Below, piece after piece: positions 19,747 through 29,984 of a stretch of 64,000 bases of DNA. The notes under the pieces are model-generated. The model was not told the origin of the DNA and did no database searches. It saw nothing but the letters and a program-made list of their open reading frames with translations. The DNA lies in NCBI GenBank assembly GCA_027021705.1, contig JALUTT010000073.1, positions 1 to 64,000 on the forward strand, given 5' to 3'. The position numbers and the translations under genes were made by a program. The number at the start of each line of letters is the position of its first letter. Within the stretch, counting starts at the first letter, position 1. Origin of the DNA: Anaerolineae bacterium. GTDB lineage: Bacteria > Chloroflexota > Anaerolineae > S140-20.

Positions 19747-19995
19747 TCAGAAGCGGTCCATCGTGTAGGCGGGGATGGTGACCCGGATAGGCTTTCGGGC
19801 CACCGGTGCAAGAGGCCATAGCTCACCCAAAGCCACGGCTTCTCCGCAGTTCCCACACGTCCACCACTTATCCTGGTCGTCCTCGCGAGGGCCGTGGAAG
19901 GTGAAGAGGGTCGGAAGCCCACAGGCCGGGCAGATGCCGTGACGGCTCTGACGGTGCTGCTGCTGTGAGAACAAAGCGCGGTGTAACAGGTTCAT
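19747..19995 (-). CDS. Small zinc-ribbon protein
   Basis: CPACG...CGNCG; RBS GAGGGAG. Confidence 0.7.
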   Translation of the reverse strand: MNLLHRALFSQQQHRQSRHGICPACGLPTLFTFHGPREDDQDKWWTCGNCGEAVALGELWPLAPVARKPIRVTIPAYTMDRF

Positions 19996-20224
19996 CTCGC
20001 TCTCCCTCTACAAAAGGAAAGGGCCGTAAGGGCTGGGCCAGATAGGTTCTCCCCCCCTGGTCACCCTGTTTAACGGGGAAGGCGGCAAATCGTTACAATC
20101 CGTTTCCTGGAACGGGGGGAGGACTTTGGCATTATCGCTGGAATGTGCCCCATTCTATCACACCCCTCGGACCGATCCCATAAAGCTCACGTAAATCTGC
20201 CATTAAATCTTCGTAAGAACCGGC

Positions 20225-20379
20225 CGGTGATGACCCACAAGTGAGCGAGAGGGTGGTCCGTAGCAGGCCGTCCACGAATTTCTCACCAATGCACGAATGA
20301 GGCGGTCCTTCATTCGTGTATTCGTGCCCCATTCGTGGACGGCTGGTCTCCCTATCTCCAAAGATATGGGTAATCACCG
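20225..20379 (-). mobile_element. MITE-A copy 1 (155 bp)
   Basis: TIR CGGTGATGACCCA...TGGGTAATCACCG; AAGAACCGGC at 20215-20224 and 20381-20390. Confidence 0.9.
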
Positions 20380-20392
20380 CAAGAACCGGCCC

Positions 20393-20420
20393 TTGACAAA
20401 AGGACTGGGACGGCTATAAT
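20393..20420 (+). promoter_or_regulatory. thrS promoter
   Basis: TTGACA-16 nt-TATAAT. Confidence 0.85.
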
Positions 20421-20443
20421 ACCCTCCACAACCCCATCACGGA

Positions 20444-20710
20444 AAAGCGTTGATCGGGACGAGTAGCCGGGCTGAAGGTGTCAGGGAGAGGGGGTCGTGG
20501 ACTGGGAGCCCCCTTCACCGGACCCCGGTGAAAACCCCCCGGGAGTGGGCCTGGGAACGGAAGGGGAACCCCTTCTCAGTAACAGGCCACGGCTCAGCCC
20601 CGTTATCGGCTCAGAGGCCAGCGGGCCCGCCAGGGCGCGGCCCGCTGGTGAAGTTGGGTGGAACCGCGTGGGTGCCCCCCTCGCCCCAAGGGTGAGGGGG
20701 CGCTTTCGTT
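20444..20710 (+). ncRNA. T-box riboswitch (Thr specifier)
   Basis: AGGGAG and GACTG boxes, ACC at 20534-20536, T-box AAGTTGGGTGGAACCGCG at 20651-20668, terminator hairpin plus TTTCGTT; lies upstream of thrS. Confidence 0.9.
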
Positions 20711-20794
20711 AGGGGGATCGGACCAGGACGCATCCGGCGGTGGGTTGCTTTCCATCCGTCGTGATCAAACCCTTTTGAGAGGAGGCGTGGAACG

Positions 20795-22573
20795 ATGGCA
20801 GAGAGACAGGAGGATGATCGGCTTTACCGGATCCGCCACTCGGCGGCCCACGTGATGGCTCAGGCGGTGTTGGAGAAGTTCCCTGAGGGGAAGATCGCCA
20901 TCGGGCCGCCCATCGAGGACGGCTTCTACTACGACTTCGACCTGCCCCGGCCGCTGACGCCGGAGGACCTGGAGGAGATCGAGGCCCGGATGCGGGAGAT
21001 CATCACCGAGGGCCACGACTTCGAGTACCAGGTCATCAGCCCCGACGAGGCGCGGGAACTCTTCGCCGACCAGCCCTACAAGCTGGAGCTAATTGACGAC
21101 ATCCTCTCGCGCGGGACGGATGAGTACGGGGAGAAGACCGACGAACCCGTCCTTTCCATCTACCGGCACGGCCCCTTCGTGGACCTCTGTCGGGGACCCC
21201 ACGTGAGGAACACGCAGGAGATCAACCCCGACGCGGTCAAGCTGCTCAGCGTGGCCGGCGCCTACTGGCGGGGCGACGAGAACCGCCCTATGCTCCAGCG
21301 CATCTACGGCACGGCCTGGCAGACGGCCCAGGAGCTGGAAGAGTACCTCTGGCGGCTGGAGGAGGCGAAGAAGCGGGACCACCGGCGGTTGGGCCGAGAA
21401 CTGGACCTCTTCAGCGTCAGCGACGAGGTGGGACCGGGCCTGATCCTCTGGCACCCCAAAGGGGGGCTGGTCCGCCACCTCATCGAGTCCTTCTGCAAAG
21501 AGGAGCACCTGAAGCACGGCTACGACCTGGTCTACTCCCCCCACATCGGGCGGGCCGGCCTGTGGGAGCGCTCCGGCCACCTGGACTTCTACCGGGAGAG
21601 CATGTACGCTCCGATGGACGTGGAGGGTCAGGAGTACTTCATCAAGCCGATGAACTGCCCCTTCCACATCCAGATCTACCGGAGCCGTACCCGCAGCTAC
21701 CGGGACCTGCCCATCCGGCTGGCCGAGTGGGGGACGGTCTATCGTTACGAGCGGTCAGGGGTGCTCCACGGGCTGACGCGGGTGCGGGGCTTCACCCAGG
21801 ACGACGCCCACATCTTCTGTCGGCCCGACCAGGTGGAGGACGAGATCGGCCGGGTCCTGGACTTCACGCTGCACATCCTCCGCTCCTTCGGCCTGACCGA
21901 CTTCAGAGCCTACCTGGCCACCCGCCCGGAGAAGGCGGTGGGGGAGCCGGCCCGCTGGGAGCAGGCGACGGAGGCGCTGCGCCGGGCCATTGAGGCCCAC
22001 GGGCTGGCCTACGAGGTGGATGAGGGGGGTGGCGCCTTCTACGGCCCCAAGATTGACCTGAAGATCGCCGACGCCTTGGGCCGGGAGTGGCAGTGCACGA
22101 CCATCCAGTTCGACTTCAACCTGCCGGAACGGTGGGACCTGGCCTACGTGGGGGAGGACGGGAAGGAGCACCGTCCCTACATGGTGCATCGGGCGCTGCT
22201 GGGTTCGATGGAACGCTTCTTCGGCGTCCTCATCGAGCACTACGGCGGGGCCTTCCCCGTCTGGCTGGCGCCGGTACAGGCAGTGCTCATCCCCATCGCC
22301 GACCGACACTTGGACTACTGCTACCAAGTGGCGGAGAGGCTGCGGGAGGCCGGCCTGCGGGTGGAGGTCAACGCCTCCAAGGAGCGGATGGGGGCCAAGA
22401 TTCGGGACGCCCAGCTCCAGAAGATCCCCTACATGCTCGTCGTGGGAGATCGGGAGGTGAAGGGGGGTAACGTCGCCGTCCGGCTGCGCACCGAGGAGAA
22501 CCTGGGGGCGATCTCCGTGGATGCCTTCATCGCTATGGCCCAGGAGGCCATCGCCGAGAAGCGGTCGCTCTGA
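20795..22573 (+). CDS. thrS: Threonine--tRNA ligase (no N-terminal TGS domain)
   Basis: RHSAAHVMAQAV, DLCRGPH, RDHRRLG, KPMNCPFH, RVRGFTQDDAH, FYGPKID. Confidence 0.98.
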   Translation: MAERQEDDRLYRIRHSAAHVMAQAVLEKFPEGKIAIGPPIEDGFYYDFDLPRPLTPEDLEEIEARMREIITEGHDFEYQVISPDEARELFADQPYKLELIDDILSRGTDEYGEKTDEPVLSIYRHGPFVDLCRGPHVRNTQEINPDAVKLLSVAGAYWRGDENRPMLQRIYGTAWQTAQELEEYLWRLEEAKKRDHRRLGRELDLFSVSDEVGPGLILWHPKGGLVRHLIESFCKEEHLKHGYDLVYSPHIGRAGLWERSGHLDFYRESMYAPMDVEGQEYFIKPMNCPFHIQIYRSRTRSYRDLPIRLAEWGTVYRYERSGVLHGLTRVRGFTQDDAHIFCRPDQVEDEIGRVLDFTLHILRSFGLTDFRAYLATRPEKAVGEPARWEQATEALRRAIEAHGLAYEVDEGGGAFYGPKIDLKIADALGREWQCTTIQFDFNLPERWDLAYVGEDGKEHRPYMVHRALLGSMERFFGVLIEHYGGAFPVWLAPVQAVLIPIADRHLDYCYQVAERLREAGLRVEVNASKERMGAKIRDAQLQKIPYMLVVGDREVKGGNVAVRLRTEENLGAISVDAFIAMAQEAIAEKRSL

Positions 22574-22673
22574 ACGACCGCAGACGACCGACGGCGGACC
22601 GCAGACCCGGGCGACCGCCGGCCATCCGTAGGGTGGGTTTCTCACCCGCCTAAGGGTAGCTATGAAGGCTGCC

Positions 22674-24434
22674 CTACTCCCCGCCGCCGACCCAGCGAGG
22701 CATCTGGGCCTGTCCGTCCAGGGTCAGTTGCCACACCTGCTGCTTCGTCAGGTCCACGAGAAAGAGGTCTCCCCGGTCGGGGATGACCAACTGGCTCCCG
22801 TCGGGGCTCCAGGCCACGTCGGGCAGGTGGGGGCCGAGCAGCGGGACCTCATCGGTCGTCCCCACCTCCAGCGGGTAGACGCGCCGGCGGTTGCTCCCAT
22901 CCCGGTCCATCACGTAGACGGCATAAAGGCTGTTCTCGCTGGCATAGGGGTTGAGGGCCCGGCCAAAGGCGATGAGGCTCTCCGGCTCCCCGCCGGGGCC
23001 GGTCCGCTCGGGCGACCAGCGGGGCAGTGCCCACATCCCCGCCTCCTCGACCAGGCGGGCGGCCACCTCCCCATCGGTGCTGAGCACCCAGATGCCGAAG
23101 CGGGGGCTGTCTTCGGGGTTGACCGGCGCGCCGCCGGGGAGGCCGCCGGTGGGCGGATCGTGCAGGACGGCGACCAGGTAGCGGCCGTCCGGCGACCAGG
23201 AGGGCTCCGGCACCCAGACCCACTCCTGGTAGGTGCGGTAGGGAGGGAAGCGATAGAGGGTCTCCCGCCGCGCCCTCCGCAGGGGGATGATGCCGATCTC
23301 GTCGGCCCAGGCGTAGGCGATGGTGGTGCCGTCGGGGGACCAGGCGTAGTTCGTCCCCCACCATCCGTAAGCGCCACCGAAGATGGGGCCGAGTACCTGC
23401 CGCTTCCCCACCAGTTCCCCCGAGGCCGTCACCCGGGCGATCCAGAGGTCGTTGTTGGCCTGCCAGCCGGGGGGGCCCGGCGAGGACCGACCGGTCGTGT
23501 AGGCGATCCGATCCCCTCGAGGGGACCAGAAGGCTCCCAGCACGTTCTCCACCCCTAAGGGCTGGGGGCGTGCGTTGGAGACCGTCAGGTCCAGCAGCCA
23601 GAGGCTGTTGAAAGGGGGTTCCCTCGGGGGCTCCGCCGTCGAGCGGCCTGAGGGCAGGGCCGGCGTGGCGGCAGGGAGGGTTGCCGTCGGGGTGAGCCCT
23701 GGCGTTGCCGTGGGCACGCGGGTGAAGAGCAGCCACCGCCCGTCGGGGGATGGGGCGAAGACCCGCCGGTCCAGCCGCCCGTCGTCGGTCAGCCGGCGGC
23801 GGGCGGTGTTCGTCCCCCGCATCAGCCAGGCGTTGTAGCCTACCTCCTCGCTGCCGGAGATGTAGACCAACGTCCCGCTGATGGGCACCCGCTGGAGTTG
23901 CTCCTGAGCACCGGCCAGGACGATCTGAGGCTTGGGGGCCTCGATGATCCGTCGCTGGACTACCTGACGCTCCACCTCCACGCCATCTTCATAGACGACG
24001 CGGGTAATGATCTCCTCGATGCCGTTCTCCCCCGGGGCCAGCACGCGGCTCTCCCCCACCGGGATGCTGGCGTCCCGCAGCACTTGGGTCTCGTAGGGGA
24101 TGGGCCGCCGGGTGACCTCCTGGCGCTCCTCGACCCGGACGACGGTGACCGTCATCCCCTCCTCCAGCGGCATGTACTCCGGGGGCTGCACCCGATCCCG
24201 AGGCCCCAGCGTGATGCCCGCCTCGGCCAGTAAGTCCCGCACCGTCGTGGCCTGGGTGGTGATCTGGCGGGTCTGGCCGTCGGCGATGAGCGTGATCTGG
24301 TGGCGTCCGGCTGGTCGGGAGACGCAGCCCAGGAGGCCGCTCCCCAGCAGCAGGAGGACCAGCAGGGACCAGGGGGGAGCCGGAAACCGGCTGGGGGTAG
24401 GCTGGCGATGGGGTGAAGAGCAGAATCGTTTCAT
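22674..24434 (-). CDS. Lipoprotein with DUF348/G5 domains and TolB-like beta-propeller
   Basis: LLGC lipobox, TVRDLLAEAGITLG..DRV.P, G5-like segment, repeated WSPDG; start placed at ATG 24434. Confidence 0.85.
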   Translation of the reverse strand: MKRFCSSPHRQPTPSRFPAPPWSLLVLLLLGSGLLGCVSRPAGRHQITLIADGQTRQITTQATTVRDLLAEAGITLGPRDRVQPPEYMPLEEGMTVTVVRVEERQEVTRRPIPYETQVLRDASIPVGESRVLAPGENGIEEIITRVVYEDGVEVERQVVQRRIIEAPKPQIVLAGAQEQLQRVPISGTLVYISGSEEVGYNAWLMRGTNTARRRLTDDGRLDRRVFAPSPDGRWLLFTRVPTATPGLTPTATLPAATPALPSGRSTAEPPREPPFNSLWLLDLTVSNARPQPLGVENVLGAFWSPRGDRIAYTTGRSSPGPPGWQANNDLWIARVTASGELVGKRQVLGPIFGGAYGWWGTNYAWSPDGTTIAYAWADEIGIIPLRRARRETLYRFPPYRTYQEWVWVPEPSWSPDGRYLVAVLHDPPTGGLPGGAPVNPEDSPRFGIWVLSTDGEVAARLVEEAGMWALPRWSPERTGPGGEPESLIAFGRALNPYASENSLYAVYVMDRDGSNRRRVYPLEVGTTDEVPLLGPHLPDVAWSPDGSQLVIPDRGDLFLVDLTKQQVWQLTLDGQAQMPRWVGGGE

Positions 24435-24533
24435 CTCCGGTACATCCGTGAGCGTCCGCGTAGCCGCACCAATCGAATCCCTCCGCCCCTTGAGTTTACC
24501 ACAAAGGGGAAAGTTCTCCAAGGTAACTCAAAC

Positions 24534-24688
24534 CGGTGATTGCCCATATCTTTGGAGATAGGGAGACCAGCCGTCCACGAATGGGGCACGAATACACGAA
24601 TTAAGGACCGCCTCATTCGTGCATTTGTGAGAAATTCGTGGACGGCCTGCTACGGACCACTCTCTCGCTCACTTGTGGGTAATCACCG
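24534..24688 (+). mobile_element. MITE-A copy 2 (155 bp)
   Basis: TIR CGGTGATTGCCCA...TGGGTAATCACCG; TAACTCAAA at 24524-24532 and 24690-24698. Confidence 0.9.
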
Positions 24689-24701
24689 CTAACTCAAAGG
24701 G

Positions 24702-24730
24702 TTGCCGGGAACGGCGCGTTGTGTTACACT
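24702..24730 (+). promoter_or_regulatory. yggS promoter
   Basis: TTGCCG-17 nt-TACACT with TG extension. Confidence 0.65.
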
Positions 24731-24755
24731 GAAGCCCCAGGTGAGGAGGGAGACT

Positions 24756-25493
24756 ATGGTAGACATACAGGCAAACATCGCTGAGGTGTTGGAGCGGATC
24801 GGAGCGGCGGCGGCCCGGGTGGGGCGGGACGGGCGTGAGATCACCCTCGTCGCCGTCACCAAGACCCACCCGCCGGAGGCGATCGTCGCGGCCTACGAGG
24901 CCGGGCTGCGCCACTTTGGCGAGAATCGGCCTGAGGAGGGACGGGACAAGATCCCCCAGGTGTTGGCTCGCCTCTCGGGACCGGCCCCGACCTGGCATAT
25001 GGTGGGCCACATCCAAAGCCGCAAGGCCCGTGACGTGGTTGCCTTCTTCGACGTGGTCCACTCGGTGGACCGGCTCAAGATCGCCCGTCGGCTGAGCCGC
25101 TTCGCCCAGCAGAGCGGGCGTACCATCCCCATCCTGTTGGAGTGCAACATCAGCGGTGAGGTCACCAAGTATGGCTTCGCCGTGGATCGTTGGGAAGAGG
25201 ATCCCCTCCAGCGGACCCAGTTCCTGGATGACGTGACCCAGGTCCTGGCGCTACCGGCGCTGCGCGTCGAAGGGCTGATGACAATGGCCCCCATCGTCCC
25301 GGACCCTGAGATGGTCCGACCCCTCTTCCGGCGGCTACGGGCCCTGCGCGACTTCCTGGCCGACCAGTTCCCCGACGCCTCCTGGCACCACCTCTCTATG
25401 GGGATGACGGACGACTTTGAGGTGGCAGTAGAGGAAGGGGCGACGATGGTCCGCATCGGTCGGGCGATCTTCGGCCCCCGCTATCCCCTGTAA
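24756..25493 (+). CDS. yggS: PLP homeostasis protein (YggS family)
   Basis: [47 protein letters not shown]. Confidence 0.95.
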   Translation: MVDIQANIAEVLERIGAAAARVGRDGREITLVAVTKTHPPEAIVAAYEAGLRHFGENRPEEGRDKIPQVLARLSGPAPTWHMVGHIQSRKARDVVAFFDVVHSVDRLKIARRLSRFAQQSGRTIPILLECNISGEVTKYGFAVDRWEEDPLQRTQFLDDVTQVLALPALRVEGLMTMAPIVPDPEMVRPLFRRLRALRDFLADQFPDASWHHLSMGMTDDFEVAVEEGATMVRIGRAIFGPRYPL

Positions 25494-25561
25494 CACCCTC
25501 CTGACGCTCGCCGATCCTGCAACTTTCTCGCCCCTTGTGCGTAGAGAAAGGCAGATGGGGG

Positions 25562-25608
25562 GCAGATTGCGAATTGCAGATTGCGAATTGCAAATTGCAG
25601 ATTGCAAG
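25562..25608. repeat. Heptamer tandem repeat (GCRRATT, ~6 units)
   Basis: GCAGATT GCGAATT GCAGATT GCGAATT GCAAATT GCAGATT. Confidence 0.85.
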
Positions 25609-25636
25609 TGGCAGAGCGTAAGGAGGGTGGAACGCT

Positions 25637-26101
25637 ATGGACAAACGATTGGTGCGCAGCCGGAAGGATCGGATGATTGCCGGCGTCTGCGGGGGGCTGG
25701 GGGACTACCTGGAGATTGACCCCCTCTGGATACGCCTCTTCTTCGTCCTGCTCCTCTTCGCCACCGGCTCCGGCCTGCTCCTCTACCTCATCCTCTGGAT
25801 CCTCATCCCTGAAGAGGGGAAGGTCTACACAAGCCCCAAGGAGGTGATCGAGGAAGGAGTGCAGGAGGTGGCGGAGACGGCCCGCCAGGCCGGGGAGGCG
25901 ATAGGGACCCAACTGCGTCTGGCGGGTGCCAAGGAGGAGCCCTCGGACCGCAACGTCCTGCTGGTGGGGATGGTGCTCATCGTCCTGGGCATCATCTTCC
26001 TGATGGAGAACCTGGGATTCCACTGGTTGAGCTTCCGCATCTGGTGGCCGGTCATCCTGATCGCGGGCGGGCTGGCCCTGCTGCTGCGACGAATGGGGTA
26101 G
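25637..26101 (+). CDS. PspC-domain membrane protein
   Basis: LVRSRKDRMIAGVCGGLGDY..IDP..IR; C-terminal WPVILI TM hairpin. Confidence 0.9.
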   Translation: MDKRLVRSRKDRMIAGVCGGLGDYLEIDPLWIRLFFVLLLFATGSGLLLYLILWILIPEEGKVYTSPKEVIEEGVQEVAETARQAGEAIGTQLRLAGAKEEPSDRNVLLVGMVLIVLGIIFLMENLGFHWLSFRIWWPVILIAGGLALLLRRMG

Positions 26102-26107
26102 AAGACG

Positions 26108-27022
26108 ATGACATTGCGAAGACGTTCGGGACTGGTCGGGCCGCTGATCCTCATCGCTGTTGGGGTGATCCTCCTCCTCAACAACCTGGGGGTGATCTCC
26201 TGGGAGATATGGGACCTGCTCTGGCGGCTGTGGCCGCTGATCCTCATCGGCATCGGACTGGAGATCCTGCTGGGCCGGCGGGCCTCTTGGGGAGCCCTTC
26301 TGGCCGTCGTCCTGGTCTTCCTCATCGCGGCCGGCGTCTTCTTTGTCCGCTGGCTGACCACGGGGGCCGATTGGCTGACGGGCGAGAGCACCCTCCGCGA
26401 GCAGAACGTCGTCTGGGAGATGGACGGGGCCGAGCGGGCCGAGATCCGGCTGGAGGCGGGTGTGGGACGGCTGGACGTGGACGCCCTGGAGGACTCGCCC
26501 GACCTGCTCCACGCCCAGATCGAGGTCCCAGACCGGGCCGGGCTGGAGGAGGAGTTCAGCATCCGAGACGGGCTGGCCCGGGGAACCCTTCGGGTCCGCC
26601 ATACCTTCCGCTTCTTCGGCTTCGGCTTCCGGGGCGGGGACTGGAAAGTGTACCTGAGCCCCCGCATCCCCCTGCAACTGCGCCTGGACGCGGGAGTCGG
26701 GGAGTCCTACCTGGACCTCTCGGAGCTTCAGGTGGAGCGGCTGGACCTCAACATGGGGGTCGGCGACGTGACGGTGGTGATGCCCGCCGAAGGGCAGGTC
26801 AGGGCCACGGTGGACGGCGGCGTCGGAGACCTGCGGATCATCATCCCCCGAGGAATGGCCGCCCGCATCCGGGTGAATCGGGGGGTGGGCAACCTGTCGG
26901 TGGACGACCGCTTCTCCCGCGACGGCGACGTGTACATCAGCGAGGGGTACGGAACTTCGGACAACTGGGTGGACCTGGACCTGGACATCGGCATCGGTGA
27001 TGTGACGGTCGAGGGATCGTGA
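26108..27022 (+). CDS. LiaF/LiaG-like envelope stress protein (TM region plus beta-solenoid)
   Basis: LWPLILIGIG; repeated GVG(D/E/N) motifs. Confidence 0.8.
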   Translation: MTLRRRSGLVGPLILIAVGVILLLNNLGVISWEIWDLLWRLWPLILIGIGLEILLGRRASWGALLAVVLVFLIAAGVFFVRWLTTGADWLTGESTLREQNVVWEMDGAERAEIRLEAGVGRLDVDALEDSPDLLHAQIEVPDRAGLEEEFSIRDGLARGTLRVRHTFRFFGFGFRGGDWKVYLSPRIPLQLRLDAGVGESYLDLSELQVERLDLNMGVGDVTVVMPAEGQVRATVDGGVGDLRIIIPRGMAARIRVNRGVGNLSVDDRFSRDGDVYISEGYGTSDNWVDLDLDIGIGDVTVEGS

Positions 27023-27570
27023 GGATGATGATGCGCGAACCGCTCTACTACGACTGCTTTCCCTCGCCGCTGGGGGAGATCCTGGCGGCGGTGAGCCCCG
27101 AGGGGGTCTACGCCCTCACCTGGAAGCAGGACGAAGAGCGCTTCGTGCGCCGGCTGGAGGAGGAGTGGGGCGGGCCGGTCCTGCGAGACCCGGAACGGCT
27201 GCGCCCCCTCTTCCGCCAATTGGAGGACTACTTCGCCGGCCGCGCCTTCGCCTTCGACGTGCCCCTGGACCTGCGGCGGCTCACCCCCTTCCAGCGGGAA
27301 GTCCTGGAGGCGGCCTGCCGGATCCCTCCCGGTCAGACCGCCTCCTACGGGGAGCTGGCCCGCTGGGTGGGGCGTCCTCGGGCCGCCCGCGCGGTGGGCC
27401 AGGCGATGGCCCGCAACCCGATCCCCCTCGTCATCCCCTGCCACCGGGTGATCGCTTCCGATGGCTCCCTGGGGGGCTACGGCGGCGAGGAGGGGCTGGT
27501 CGTCAAGGCCTGGCTCCTCCGGTGGGAACGGGGGGAGCGGCTCCCCCCGCCCCGCCCCCTCCCCCGCTAG
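27019..27570 (+). CDS. ogt: Methylated-DNA--protein-cysteine methyltransferase
   Basis: TPFQREV, SYGELA, ARAVGQA, IPCHRV. Confidence 0.93.
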   Translation: MRMMMREPLYYDCFPSPLGEILAAVSPEGVYALTWKQDEERFVRRLEEEWGGPVLRDPERLRPLFRQLEDYFAGRAFAFDVPLDLRRLTPFQREVLEAACRIPPGQTASYGELARWVGRPRAARAVGQAMARNPIPLVIPCHRVIASDGSLGGYGGEEGLVVKAWLLRWERGERLPPPRPLPR

Positions 27571-27571
27571 C

Positions 27572-28954
27572 TCACTCCTCCAGACCCTCTCCCACCAGAA
27601 GCTGCATATAGGCCGCTGCGGTGTACTGCTCCAGGTTCCACGTGGCCTCGATCACCTGCTCCTGGCGTTCCGGCGACAGGACGCCCTCGGCGTTGGCCCG
27701 GAACTTGGCGATCAGCTCTTCATCGGTCATCGGGTTGCCCGGTCGTCCCTTGGCCACGTCGGTCTGGTGGGTGTAGCGCCGCCCGTCGGTGGTGGTGACG
27801 GTGACGATGGCCCGCTTGACGCGGGGGAAGAGGGCGTCAATCTTAGGATCGGCGACGACCTTGATCTTGGGCAGCAAAGCCCAAATGCGCGGATCCTGGA
27901 GCTTCTCCTCGGTGAAGGAGGAGGGAAGCACGGCCCGATCGGCGATGGCGACGGCGATGCAGTAGGGAAGGGAGTGGTCGGCCGTCTCCTTCGTCGTCGG
28001 TTGGTACTTGCTGGGGTCGGAGAGGATGTCGGCCCCCCGGGTCGTCGTCTGCACCAGCACCTCGGCCACCTCCTCGGCGGCGATGTCGTGGGTCTGGACG
28101 ATGTGGAGGGTGGCGGTGATGGGCTCGTGGGTGAGGGCTTCGGTGGGGAAGGCCTTGTAGCCGCACTGGGTGATGAGGAACTCCCGGCCCAGCCCCCGGG
28201 TGAGGACGTCGGTATCCCAGCGGACGTTGTGGATGACCTCGATCAGCCCCTCTTTGCCCTCGATCACCTCGACGGGGCCGGTGTAGCCCTGGCGGGCCAG
28301 GAGGGCGGCCCGCACGCCGGCCTCGACCGCCATCGGGTCGGCGGTGTTCTTCATGTTGGTCAGGTGGCCGGCGACGACGCCACCCAGGGTGAAGTGGCTG
28401 CTGCCGCTGATGCCGACGGCGGCGACCATCTGGTCCACGGTCAGGTCGAGCATCCGGCCGGCGACCAGCGGGCTGACGAACTGGGTGAGGGAGGCGTGGT
28501 GCCAGCCGACCTCGCGGATGCCGGGATGGGCGGCCAGGCACCAGCGCATCTCCAGTTCATAGGCGATGATGATGGCGACGAGGAGGTCCCGCCCCGTCTT
28601 GCCCGTCTTCTCCCCCGCCGCCAGGCCGGCGGGGATGATGTCTGAGGGGTGGCTGGGGTCCTGCTCCCAGTAGATGTCGTTGTAGTCCAGGGCACGGACG
28701 AGCAGGCTGTTCATCAGGGCGGCGTTGGCGGCGTTGGTGCGGTGGCCGGTTCCGATGACCGTGGCCTCGGGCGTTCCGCCCAGCTCCACGATGTAGCGGT
28801 GGGCCGCCCGCATATCCTCGTTGGGGAGGGCGGCCAGGGCGCAGCCCACGCTGTCCAGCAGGAAGCGCTTCGCCTCGCGGATCGCCTCGGGGGGAATCTG
28901 GTCGTAGGTGAGCTGGTGCGCAAAGAGCGCCATCCGATGGCTGATGCTGGTCAC
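27572..28954 (-). CDS. MmgE/PrpD family protein (2-methylcitrate dehydratase-like)
   Basis: LLDSVGCA, VRALDYNDIY, HPSD, ETADHSLPY. Confidence 0.9.
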   Translation of the reverse strand: MTSISHRMALFAHQLTYDQIPPEAIREAKRFLLDSVGCALAALPNEDMRAAHRYIVELGGTPEATVIGTGHRTNAANAALMNSLLVRALDYNDIYWEQDPSHPSDIIPAGLAAGEKTGKTGRDLLVAIIIAYELEMRWCLAAHPGIREVGWHHASLTQFVSPLVAGRMLDLTVDQMVAAVGISGSSHFTLGGVVAGHLTNMKNTADPMAVEAGVRAALLARQGYTGPVEVIEGKEGLIEVIHNVRWDTDVLTRGLGREFLITQCGYKAFPTEALTHEPITATLHIVQTHDIAAEEVAEVLVQTTTRGADILSDPSKYQPTTKETADHSLPYCIAVAIADRAVLPSSFTEEKLQDPRIWALLPKIKVVADPKIDALFPRVKRAIVTVTTTDGRRYTHQTDVAKGRPGNPMTDEELIAKFRANAEGVLSPERQEQVIEATWNLEQYTAAAYMQLLVGEGLEE

Positions 28955-29058
28955 GGTTCCCTCCTCTGGTTTATGAGTTGGTGTTTTTCCTTGCTATCCC
29001 TCACGTTCTGTGGCTCGGCAAGACGGGAGCCTTTCCCTGGAGTTCGTGGTCAGGGCCT

Positions 29059-29541
29059 GGAGGACTCTCCAAGCCCGACTCCCCGCCCCCGAGAAGGTCG
29101 GCCTTGCAAAGGCCTCCTACCCGGTGGGGGGCTTCTACGCGCCTGCCTCTGTAGGAGGGCCTTCCAAGCCCGACTCCCCGCCCCCGAGGTCGGCCTTGCA
29201 AAGGCCTCCTACACGGTGGGGGGCTTCGTACCTGCCTCTGTAGAGGGCTTTCCAAGCCCGATTCCCCGCCCCCGAGAAGGTCGGCCTTGCAAAGGCCTCC
29301 TACACGGTGGGGGGCTTCTACGCGCCTGCCTCTGTAGGAGGGCCTTCCAAGCCCGACTCCCCGCCCCCGAGGTCGGCCTTGCAAAGGCCTCCTACACGGT
29401 GGGGGGCTTCTACGTACCTGCCTCTGTAGGAGGGCCTTCCAAGCCCGACTCCCCGCCCCCGAGGTCGGCCTTGCAAGGGCCTCCTACCCGGTGGGGGGCT
29501 TCTACGTACCTGCCTCTGTAGGAGGGCTCTCCAAGCCCGAC
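29059..29541. repeat. Tandem REPIN array: five inverted GTAG-type REP pairs plus a half unit, ~90-bp period
   Basis: GTAGGAGGGCCTTCCAAGCCCGAC...GTCGGCCTTGCAAAGGCCTCCTAC repeated with near-identical linkers. Confidence 0.9.
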
Positions 29542-29984
29542 TGCCCCAGGTCCGGCCCGGCAGCCTCTAGCCGCTCCAGGAAGTCACGGACCGTGAGGAT
29601 CGGAACGCCCCGATACACCCCCAGGTCCAGCAGGTGGCGGTCACCACTGACGATCAGATCAGCCTGCGCATCCAAGGCACAGGCCAGCACCGCCTCGTCA
29701 TCCGGATCCTCGGGAATGGCCCCAGCGACCTCGGCGCGCCCCGGAACCAGGAGGGCGTCTTGCTCCAGGAGAGCCGTAAGCTGCTCGACATCGGCATCGG
29801 TGAGGGCATACTTGCGCCGGATGCGGGGGTAGTTTAGCACAGCCCGGATTTCAGCGATGAGGGCGGGAGAGGTGATCAAGAGGTACTCGCGTCTGCGCCA
29901 GGCATCAAGGACTTGAGCAGCGAGCCCCTTTCGGACCAACAGGCTGCTGACGAAGACGTTGGTGTCAAGAACCACCCGCAACAT
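29502..29984 (-). CDS. PIN-domain toxin (VapC-like)
   Basis: VVLDTNVFVS, EDPDD, IVSGDRHLL. Confidence 0.92.
   Translation of the reverse strand: MLRVVLDTNVFVSSLLVRKGLAAQVLDAWRRREYLLITSPALIAEIRAVLNYPRIRRKYALTDADVEQLTALLEQDALLVPGRAEVAGAIPEDPDDEAVLACALDAQADLIVSGDRHLLDLGVYRGVPILTVRDFLERLEAAGPDLGQSGLESPPTEAGT

Noticed and set aside
20132..20377. Short ORFs overlapping MITE-A copies (also 24431..24616, 41926..42240, 55905..56316)
   Set aside because: They are recurrent translations of the same 155-bp element with no transposase motifs.
29001..29541. REPIN array as a CRISPR array or coding region
   Set aside because: Linkers are near-identical rather than unique, and the GTAG-led inverted pairs fit REPs.
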